From: Phoronis australis
Taxonomy: Eukaryota > Animalia > Phoronida
NCBI GenBank assembly: GCA_002633005.1
Contig: NMRA01000513.1
Location: forward strand, 62,001 to 126,000
Reading direction: 5' to 3'
Length of the DNA stretch: 64,000 nucleotides
Below are positions 24,801 through 34,300 of this stretch, piece by piece (positions within the stretch are counted from its first letter, which is position 1; every line of letters starts with the position of its first letter). The notes under the pieces are model-generated. The model was not told the origin of the DNA, searched no databases, and saw only the letters and a list, made by a program, of their open reading frames with translations. The translations under genes were made by a program, and so were the position numbers.

Positions 24801-27800
24801 ACTAGTGCAATTCCCTAGGGTGGCTCCTCTCTAGTTGTCCCCAGCAATTGTCAGGATGAAACTGGTGGAGAATCTGCACGAAAAAAAAACATAGCTGCCA
24901 TTTTAGCGCGCTTAGCATGCATCAATGCACTACCAATACTATTCAACAGGTCGGACTTGACATCACAGGACCGAGTGAATTTAGACATCTTTCACATCTA
25001 ACCTTCCCTAAAAGAAAGCCTGTAGAATAGTATTTAAGAGTTTTAAGCATTCTATATTTATCTGAAACAGTGTTTTCCTGATGCCGAGGTTCAAAAAAAT
25101 ATAAAAGTCCCACATTTTGTAGCTTCTCATTCAAAAGTGAAACATTTAGACCCAAATCCTAACAGATTTTTGTAGAGCAGTGTGTGAAACTTGGCATGAA
25201 AGTTTCATATAAATCCGATTAACAGTTTTCGAGATATGATGTTCCGAAGTTAGCCAAATTCTGACATTTTTCTAGGATTCCACAAACTCTTCATTGATGC
25301 ACTATTGGTAGGTTTCGTGGCCGAAACATTTTTAGATTCCGCTATGCCAGGTGTAACCGTCCACAATCATCCCTGTCGTGTTGCATTGTAGGAAATTTTC
25401 CAGGAGAGGTAAAATAACAGAGTATTTGACGAATGGTAATTGCTTAGAAAACCAGAAACAAAAATACTCATCGGCTTGGGTTGTACATGTACATGTGTAT
25501 GGAACTTCGGGAAGAGTAATGGTCGGATACATCGTCCCCGCATTTTGACAACTAGTATTCTACACTGAATAACGGGCATCAAACTGGTCAGTCTCAAAAT
25601 ATGGGCACGTGATAGCACACTATTGCCCCATGAAGTATTGTGAAGATGGACTAGTTTCGCAGTTTATTTTCAGAAAATAACGAGTGGATTCTTGAAAAAT
25701 TCCCAGTTAAAAGAGTACTTGCCACTTATCAGTCGTCTATGGACAAGTACCCGGAGCTGACGTTCTCGCTGTATTTGGAGAGGAGGCCATTATATGTTAC
25801 TTTTAACTTAGTAAGTCCACCAGGATGTGCAACGAATTTAACTTAAATTTTGTTACTTTTTAAGTGTGAAATTTAAGTGTGAGCATTTTCTTGCAAATTT
25901 ATGTTTTGGGTATTCTTGTATTTGTAGAGCTTACCTTACTGAGATTCTAGTTTGCAAGTTTATACAATCCATTCGTTTCAGTTCGGCCTAATCGCTTGGA
26001 ATCCCAAGGCACTTTATGTTGACCGACTCAGTTTTCATTTCATACAAGTACATATTAGATAGAAAAGTTTGGGATTCTAAACCATTTACTCGGCAAATCA
26101 ATTGAACTTGGCTCCCTCTCGCGTTATTGGTTGAATTAGATTCCATAGAGGTCACAACTGTACTCTCATATCAATATAGAGTTGAAGTATAAGACCACTC
26201 AAGTGCATTATTTGTCTTCTGTAGTTAACAAAAAGAATAAAACGAATGTGAATGCACTAGGATACCAGTTTTATCGCTTTCCTAAATTGTGCCGCGTTGA
26301 ATTCTGTTCCGCTGCCAGCATGACTTTATCTTACTTTACTTCCCATGTATTCTCTCTGTAGATTCTTCCATCATGCCTGATTGCCGCCATTGGTATGTTG
26401 GCATACATACTGCCCTCTGACGACGGCGAGAAGATTGGTCTCTGCGTCACTATGTTGGTGGCGCTGTCTTTCATCATGTTATTGATGGCGGATAAGATGC
26501 CACCAACCTCTCTGTCCATCCCACTTCTAGGTAATTATCTTGATTGTGTCTTCCAACGCACGCGAAACAAATGATATCACAGCAAGCAATACAGAGATAT
26601 TGGCTAGCGACGTTGCTCGTTGCTATTTTTAAATGAGTGAGAGTACATGATAACCAGTGCTAAACGTTTTAATCAAGCACTTTACTTGAGCCATAGACCC
26701 CGTACATCCAATATTCTCAAATGCAAAAGAGTCAATCTTCTTTGCAGGAGAGTTCTTTGCGGTGATCGTGGTTATGCTCTCTGTGACGACACTGTTGTCA
26801 GCGTTTGTTATTCACGTCCACTTCCGTGGAGGCCATGGTAAACCGGTACCAAAATGGGCCAAGGTCTTGGTACTGAAAGGTTTAGCCAGAATTCTCTGCT
26901 TTGAGGTTGACTGCACTAGTAAGAAGTACGAAGAGTCAACGGTAAGTTAGTGTCTTGCTTTTGTTTCTCAAAACGAGGTTCAGCACCATCTAATGAGAAA
27001 GGCACTGCCTCGGCAAAAAACGACAAAGCATTGCATTCGCTGTTACACAAGCAGTACGCGGATGGAGTTTGAGGCTATACAACGTGCCCTAACCAAGCTG
27101 TCACTCCTAGACCTGGAGTATCACACCATTATCTTTGCCACCGATTCCATGGCAGTGTTGATGAAAGTTCAATCTGGAAACCTCCCAGCCAACTGGGGTA
27201 TCTTCCGATCACGCCACCCTCATCATGTGGTGATCTGGTCTTTCGTACCTGGCCACGCCGGTGTCTTGATTAATGAGCGTGCAGATTACCTCGCTGGCTC
27301 ATGCACCACCAACCAACCCCTCTACTTATATTCGGCTGACGTTAAGCTGCTGGCTCGCAAACGCAACCTCGAGCAGACTGCATCCCAGCTGGCTGAGTTC
27401 AATGATGGCAGCCGCCTGCTCGAAGCCGGTATTATTTATGGCCATGCTGCAAAGAGTCACAAGAAGGGCCGTGCCCGAGTGCTGTCTAATCAAATGCTTA
27501 CAGGCAACGACAGCCCTGGAGTTCTGCGCCGTCTGCTGTCACGGGGATGGTCTGGGGAGGGGATTAATGCACCAGCATATCCCCAATGATCCTGTCCGTG
27601 ACAGGTATTATTACAGGTATTGAATTCGCCGTTAAATATCACAGCTGCCACGATTCATTTACTGTATGAAAACATATGGAAACTTCTCCTGCGGCTGACT
27701 TTGAAACTTAATTTTGACCAAGACTTGAAGGCCTACTAGGTGCCAAAATAACTATTTTTTATCTGAAATTCATGCATTGATGTAAAACATCAACATACGT

Positions 27801-29664
27801 TGTCATAGCATACCCCAAGTAGGCCTTTTACAATACAGAATCCCCATCACGAACCCCAACCGCACCAATCGAAGTCTAGAACATCATCGACACAACAAAC
27901 TTGATATTACCCTGTCTCCATCGTACTGGAATTGGCGATTGCTGGCCGTTTAATCTAGTGCAAAATACGTGGAAAATCAAGGAAACATATTAATTGTTCA
28001 TTCTATGTCAATTAATATTCAAATTTATCCAAATCATTGCATTTAAAAGTTTTTTTCCATTATTTAGCACTCATTTTAATGCGGGACTCTATAGGGTGGA
28101 TGGCTGAGTCGCCTAAACAGTCGAAAAAAATAAACGCTTCGTCTGAATTGTTATCAGGCAATTTCACAATGTTTATTACAAAGCGTATTTTTCTTGATAC
28201 AAAAATTTTGATGTTCGAAACTTTGCACTCAGGTCACTAGCTGTTGTCGCGTGTTGGAATCGGCGACAACAGGCTGTTTAATTTGGTGCAAAATACGCGG
28301 AAAAGTAATCTTGATCCTTTCGTATAAAGCAATGTCTAAATTCATCGAAATTTTTATAACAGAAACTAAATTTTCAAACTAATTCGTCTTGAAATCCTTC
28401 TAGACTAGGCCTACATGTACCTTGCACAAAGATTGAAAATTTAATAGCAACTCAACGTTCTGGGTATCTTTAATGTATTAAAACTATGCAAAAAGTCTCG
28501 ACTGCATAAAAGCTTTCCTGACTAATAAGGATTTGTATTCAATTTAAAGTTATAACTTCAATCATAAAAGATATTCCGATACCGGCCGCCCGTATTATAA
28601 TATTGATGCGGGAATCGTCCAAATCAGGATATTCCGATTTGAGCTGGATTCCCGATACTGGTCGGAACAGCATGTAACGCAAGACGTCGATGTGTGCACT
28701 TTAGATCTTGTGGGCAGCCGGCTAGCTGTTTGAAGAGTAATGTTAAAATGCAGCTAGGTACCACTGTGTGTTGAGTTCTGTTTGACCCCGAAATTTCATA
28801 CAGTCCGGATAGTTCTGTTAATCAACTCGTCGTGAAACTTTTATCCACATGTTGAGTCAACGACCGGCGGAGGTGCATGCAAAACCTGGGATTAAACTGA
28901 CACTCCCCTTGCCCGTTTCAACCGTTTAAGTGAAAAACAATCTAATAATTGGGCTGCACACCATAGGGGCTGGCGGTTATAGCCCCTACTTAGTTCAATG
29001 ATGCACCACCCATTGTTACATGGCGGCGCATCATAGGAGGCTGATTTGTTGAGAATTTCTGTGGAGCGCTCGAAGGGGCTAGGAATTATGGGCGGTGCAA
29101 TTTACTTCACGATTACCTACTTTCTGTGGTATGCAAGAAACAAAAATAACATTTTATTAAAAAGTACTTTTATTTCAAAAAGTGGTTTTGGTCGCTGGAG
29201 GCTATCTTTAATACTGGCCTGCACAACAGTGACCACGGGGATAATTGTGAACGGTGTTTTTTCATTCCTGTTCTTGAGTTCATAATGTCTTTCATTTCAA
29301 TACAACCAAATCTTTTCTCGATTTCACAGAAACGTCTTATTATTACTTTTAGCAAAACGGCAAAGGAGTCCAACTCAATAAATACTCAAACCATGCATTG
29401 TCAGTGGATGGGGAAGAAACCAATGCTAACGAGGCGAAACAAGTCGAGTGCGGTGTCTCGGACAAGCCGACATTGCGCATCATTAGCGACAGACTGAAGC
29501 GCATCGAGGGTGCACTGCTGTCACGCCACCAAGCGGAGGAAGAACAAAGTGCATTGGAAGACGATTGGCGTAAAGTTGCCATGGTGTTGGATCGACTGTT
29601 TTTGTTTGTGTATGTGATTATTTGCGTGGTCGCCGCCCTGACGCTTTTGTTAAAACGGCCTTAA
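12792..29664 (+). CDS. Nicotinic acetylcholine receptor-like Cys-loop ligand-gated ion channel subunit, non-alpha type, 10 exons, 464 aa
   Basis: Exons 12792-12840, 16647-16789, 18515-18559 (or the identical 20590-20634), 22586-22695, 23695-23836, 24015-24108, 25674-25810, 26362-26530, 26748-26941, 29353-29664. All are GT-AG, phases are consistent, and they total 1395 nt. Motifs: signal peptide, WLPDIVLFN, Cys-loop C-PLDVTYFPFDKQV-C, FGSW, RRPLY, GEKI, PPTS, WRKVAMVLDRLFL. Confidence 0.93.
13765..14153. repeat. Probable MITE remnant
   Basis: GC-rich core gaggcgcgtagcgccgagcg...ggggttcccccctctcc and an end ggggggtttgaattcctctgaatccacg, typical of small DNA-transposon derivatives. Confidence 0.35.
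15900..16110 (+). repeat. Dispersed repeat family copy
   Basis: tacccataatgca..agtca.ctgtcactcacta...tgcac..ccaaaataaaa.ttaaactaaaa recurs at ~37645-37850 (+) and ~29690-29803 (-). Confidence 0.6.
16647..16789 (+). CDS. nAChR-like exon 2 (VVLGVNTLDKELTKKILKDYEPSTRP...LREISEL)
   Basis: N-terminal helix with Y....RP motif; ttag acceptor, gtgaga donor. Confidence 0.9.
17243..18458. mobile_element. Non-autonomous Tc1/mariner-type element
   Basis: ~24-bp imperfect TIR (cagggtgtcgcaaaatgtactcac / gtgactgcatttcgagacaccctg) flanked by TA on both sides. Confidence 0.7.
18515..18559 (+). CDS. nAChR-like exon 3 (KQADQTLTIKAWIRL, 45 nt)
   Basis: Canonical 45-nt nAChR exon with loop D Trp; tttcag/gtgagt. 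Confidence 0.88.
20590..20634 (+). CDS. Identical second copy of nAChR-like exon 3
   Basis: Same 45 nt and splice sites, inside the N-joined duplication. Confidence 0.6.
21851..22098. mobile_element. PIF/Harbinger-type MITE
   Basis: TIR ggg.ccgtttcaagaaactgactta / taagtcagttttgttggaatgggccc with 3-bp TSD CAG. A truncated duplicate lies at 19833-20016. Confidence 0.7.
22459..22541. repeat. (CA/CG)n compound microsatellite
   Basis: Read directly from the sequence. Confidence 0.9.
22586..22695 (+). CDS. nAChR-like exon 4 (SWYDVSLTW...IWLPDIVLFN)
   Basis: Canonical 110-nt exon containing loop A. Confidence 0.93.
23695..23836 (+). CDS. nAChR-like exon 5 (AAGSDF...CPLDVTYFPFDKQ)
   Basis: First Cys of the Cys-loop and FPFD. 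Confidence 0.92.
24015..24108 (+). CDS. nAChR-like exon 6 (VCHMQFGSWVF...)
   Basis: Second Cys of the Cys-loop and loop B Trp. Confidence 0.92.
25674..25810 (+). CDS. nAChR-like exon 7 (NNEW...YQSSMDKYPE...RRPLYVTFNL)
   Basis: Loop C without vicinal cysteines; pre-M1 RRPLY. Confidence 0.92.
26362..26530 (+). CDS. nAChR-like exon 8 (M1-M2, GEKI, PPTS)
   Basis: ILPSCLIAAIGMLAYILPSDDGEKIGLCVTMLVALSFIMLLMADKMPPTSLSIPLL. Confidence 0.94.
26748..26941 (+). CDS. nAChR-like exon 9 (M3, MX helix)
   Basis: EFFAVIVVMLSVTTLLSAFVIHVHFR...VPKWAKVLVLKGLARIL. Confidence 0.93.
26977..27623 (+). mobile_element. 5'-truncated non-LTR retrotransposon 3' end encoding RNase H (I/Ingi-group-like) in nAChR intron 9
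   Basis: ORF 26993-27589: STRMEFEAI..AL, FATDSMAVL, WSFVPGHAGVLINERADYLA (RNase H catalytic motifs; first DGS missing). Tail (acaggtatt)x2. Confidence 0.8.
29353..29664 (+). CDS. nAChR-like exon 10 (MA helix, M4, stop)
   Basis: Acceptor tacttttag at 29352 is in phase 0; EDDWRKVAMVLDRLFLFVY...; TAA. Confidence 0.9.
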   Translation, partial: QNGKGVQLNKYSNHALSVDGEETNANEAKQVECGVSDKPTLRIISDRLKRIEGALLSRHQAEEEQSALEDDWRKVAMVLDRLFLFVYVIICVVAALTLLLKRP

Positions 29665-31206
29665 ATATAGTCTTTCTGCTTTATTCTAGTTAAAAACAGA
29701 ATTGAATACAATTAAGTTCGCTCGAAACGAATTTTTTTGTGGTGCACCACCATCTAAAAAGGCCGCCGTAGTGATTGACAAGTGACTCAGGCATTAAGGT
29801 TACTAACTCAACTGCCGCCATATGAAGTGAGGTTTCCGCTGAAATCCTTCCACTTTAGAAACACTTTTAAAAAATAGTAGTAAAATAAGACAAAGACAAA
29901 CTGAGTTACGAAATTACTATAGTCCAGTGATATTTTTCAATTGACGTCACTCATCCCTTATTTCATGTTGCTTAATTGTAAAGGAAAGAGTATCTTTAAA
30001 GGGAGTTGTTCAGAAGACGCACAGCAACGGAACCTAGCATCGAAATAGCTGATAAGGTCGCCATCTTGGTTTCATGTAGTAAAACAACAAAAACAACAGA
30101 TTCCGACGTTTTAAAGGTGTGGTTTAAGCCAGTAATTTAAACAAAAAGCTGCCCTTCCCAAAAACCCAAAATTCATTTTCGGACTTAAAACAGATTGTAT
30201 CTGTTTAGTAGGAGAGTGTAGTTTCAAGGTTTTTAAAAGTCGTGACTCCCTGTGTGTTACAAGTAAAGCGAAGATTAGAGTAGGTAAGTTTCCATTGTGT
30301 ACCTCTGGCCCTTCTCAGTCAGGTCTTTTAAGTGTCCGATATTTACATAGCGTCCTATTTCCCTCTTTATTCTTCCGCCATTTAGTGATTTCAAACTCTG
30401 CGTGCGTTTCCAAAGACAACCCTTGAAGTTACAACATGTGGTAAATATATGCCTACTCACCTGATGCGACTCATCGTGCGGATGTCAGGAATCTAACTGA
30501 TATCCAACAGGGTGATACTGTTGGTATCTCATCAATTAATGAAAACTAAATTGCGACGTGACTATTTTTTACAGATTTAGATGTCTTGCTTAAAATATTG
30601 ATATGCCTTGTTTTCTTGTGCAAATTTTGTTTTTGCGCAGTTTTATCAAACTCTCAGACACAGGTTTATACTTCTAGATATGCATGACGTGTGTAAATGT
30701 AGCAGAGTTGGGTGGTGTAGTTATGCACAGGAAGACTGCAAGTACATTGCTTCTGTTTGATCAAGTTTTGTCAAACTCTGACGCGTGTTTTGTGTTTTTG
30801 TCGTTTATACCTCTAAAAGTGTAGCAGTTGTATAACGTTGCCTACATGTAATAATTATAATTCTTGGTTAATAAACATCTGAGTGTGCCACTAAGAGTCT
30901 GATCGAAACTGACATTGACATCTACATTGCACTGGATGAATCCATAATCGAATCTTTGGGAACAGGCATCCTCCTTCAGACAGCATGACGTTTTTATGGC
31001 TAATGCAGACATAGCGATTGCCCCTTTTTCATGATATACATCCGCCAGTGAGACAAAGGTGGCCATGCGACCTTGTCCAGTCATAAGGTTACATGTATGC
31101 AGTATTTTACGGCCTAAACCCGATATATCTGGACAGAAAAGCATACATGTCAGACTTTGGCATTTATTGGTGTTTTCCAATTTCCATATGACAACAAGGT
31201 GTGTCT

Positions 31207-31387
31207 TTAATAATTGCCCTGGTCGTCGATAACGTATCCTCTGAAACCTTTGTAAGATGTTCCAGGCACCATCTCGGAGTGGAAGGTAATATCCAACCTT
31301 GACGCGTCACTCGATACTAAATCAGTCCGCGTCTTACCATCGGTACCCCAGAGTGTAGTCTCGTACACGATGCCAGTTGATGAGAAG
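31207..31387 (-). CDS. Terminal exon, CUB C-half (LDITFHSE...YKGFRG) + stop
   Basis: F.S....KGF CUB motif; AATAAA on the minus strand at 31163-31168. Confidence 0.8.
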
Positions 31388-34300
31388 CTGAAATGTTTAA
31401 ATTTCATTAAATTAAACTCCAAACTACTTAAATTCTATCCGATATGTTGAAACGTTGAAACGTGAAATTTTACAGTTTCCATGTTTAAGTGAAAATTTTC
31501 ATAATGTAATGAAAATAACGGAAACGATTGATTATGAAGAGAATGGATAATTTCTGTGAAGATAAACTTCCCCCAACACCAAACACATCTTTGAACTAAT
31601 TGTTCCAGCATAAGGCTAGTGAGTGTATTGGATATGCCGTACACAATGCAAATCACTAGTTATATGCCCATCTACGTTAACATAGCAATTTACATCTCCG
31701 ATTATACCACCGTACCTTTTCAAAATGACATAGTTCGTGTAGCCATTTTGATCCCGCGGCGGCAGATCGAATTCAACGAAGACAATCTTGAGTTTCCCAA
31801 AGCCAGAGGTATCGCGGAATGTCCACGTGCAGTTGTTGCAAGATACATAACCACTGTCGTAATTGGGCGATGAGAACCTAACCATAGACTGGGCGGAGCT
31901 TGGAGTTAACTCGTGGTTTTGATGCCAACCTACAAAAAGAAAGTCAGTGTCCGGCGATACATGAATTCCTAATATTTCCGGTATGGTTGTCAATCCACGA
32001 AAGAGAGAAACTACAAAATTTTGTCCATCTCTCAAAATTTTTAAAACTACCGTTGTGCCGTCCGGCAAGCGGCGAAAGAGTCCGCGGACACTGGTGTTGC
32101 ATCCTGTGGTTCGCTACAGAAAAAAAGTCAGATTCGCAAGGCACATCACGTTTTACACCCTCATAAGCCCTGTAGCACTGTACCCACCAGCTACTGCACT
32201 TGTTTACCCACTCGTTATCAAACTCCGCACCATTTCGACATGTAAATTAAAATATATGACCTGACGCCATATCTTATTGAGCAGATTCGTACACCGTATA
32301 CCTTGAGTATGATAATGAAACTTACGCATAGGTGGCAAAACCTGCGAAACGCCAGCGTGCGTGGGAAGAGGTGTTGTGGGGGAAGTGGATGACGTCATCA
32401 AAGTTGTTTTCGTTGTCGTTGTCAGCGTAGTTGTGGTTGGTGGTGAGGTCGTGGTTGTAGTCAAACCTAAATTTTAAAGTCAATGTTTCACGTCTTGTTC
32501 GTTTTCGAAAATTCTACTTCAATCGCAATGTGTAACAGAAACTTCAAAAATTGCAATCTGAAGGGAACCCTTCGAAGGTTTACTCGTTTAATTAACTTAA
32601 CTCAAGTGAAACTAAAATTTGAATAGCGTGTCAAGTGAAGCGCAAATTTGCTGAAGTCAGAAAAAGTTCAATTAAGGAAAGGTTGATTTTACGAGCTCTA
32701 GTCTTGGGAGATTTATAGTTTCTCGCAAGAAATCTGGTCTGCGGAACGCTACCCTACGCATAACTTTCATGCAACCGGGTCCAGCTTCTCAAACGAAGAA
32801 CGGACAGCCTGTTCAAACTACATGTTAGCTTACTTGGACAGCCTTCTATGAAAACAATGTCATCAATGCTGACGTCACTATGGTAATCCACTCCATGAAC
32901 AGCCTCGAAAGTAAACTAAAACGTGATAAAACGGTAAAGTTAGCACTCCAATACGTCATAGAACTTCAAGAGCTTCAAACGGTTGCATCAAAAGACCACG
33001 TGATCATTCATTACATGCATGTACGTTAGTGCTCAAAGACATGAAGGACCTTACCGAAAGGTCGTTACATTTAGCCAAATATTTACACAACTGTGCAATT
33101 TAACAAAGCAAAAGTATATATTTTGTGAAAGTACAAATTAAGTAGATTTTTATCTTTGACTTTATATCAATCTGCAATTAATTAGGTCACGTTACCTAGA
33201 TTTACTGAAAAGTTTAGCACAAATGAAAAGTACATTCATAGCAAAACCTGAGGAACAATAACACGTCGACTGAATTTCGTATAATATAAATGTTTAAGAT
33301 TAAATCTAAAAAAATGTTACACTTTTCTAAATTATAGCTTCGTTTTCTTTAATACAACTTATTTTTTTCGTAAAAATCATATAATTCCTATATTTGATAT
33401 CCCCTCATGCAAAAGTACAGCATTTCAAAAACAAATTCCAAACTCGTTTTGGAGAACAAACGGCATTGTTTGAAGCATAGTATCTCAAAGCTTCGTTTGA
33501 ATCCGATCAGCCATTTCTGAGATACGATCTTCCGGAATTTGCCAAAAAGGGATTGAATACGTGACGTGCAGAATTGCAATGTGCATAGAATAACAAGTAA
33601 TGCTAAGCTGAAACTTTTGGAAAGAAGCTTACGGTTCGGGTCACTTTTTTGTTTTCTACAGTTGTACTGTGGTCATGAGAAAATAAGCGCCCTTACTTTG
33701 AAGTTAACCATTTTTATGTGTCCATGCAGACCTCACTGTGACTTAAAGTTCTAAAAGCCACCATCTGCCTTCATTTGTTTGACAAGTGACTACTGTCAGT
33801 CTCCGCGTCATTAGACCTTCCGTTATAGCACTGCCTTTCGCAATCGTGAATTCAATATCTCAAAAACGAGACAATACATGCAGATGAAAAGCGACTTCAA
33901 TTGAAAGTTACTCGGCTTCACTGACGTAAATAGGACATATAAACGTACCCGGCGACAGTGTGCGTGATGTCCAAAAACAAATAAGTTTCTTGTACAAACT
34001 TGTATCGTATCCAGTGGCGGATATAGAGGGTGGGCAAGGGAGCCATGCCCCCCCTAAAATTCTCCCAAATACCATTTGGAAGTTCGGGGGTGTGAATGTC
34101 TGACGGGCAAAATCATGGCTAATACTCTGCCCTGCCTCCCCCAACTCAAAATCCTGGATCCGCCCCTGGTATCCGCGCATCTCTACTGTCCCGCGGGAAA
34201 GTGAAAAGAGCCGCAGCATAGTCAAATACTAAACGCAACGCCTCGCCTTTCTTTATTACATCACAAACCACGGGAAAACAATTAGCAGCAGGTGACAACT

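Noticed and set aside
26993-27589. Host RNase H gene or nAChR-RNase H fusion
   Set aside because: It lacks the first catalytic motif, has a retroelement-type tail, and exons 9 and 10 join in frame without it.
29330-29352. Alternative acceptor tttcacag (29329) for nAChR exon 10
   Set aside because: Out of frame with the M4-coding frame; the acceptor at 29352 fits.
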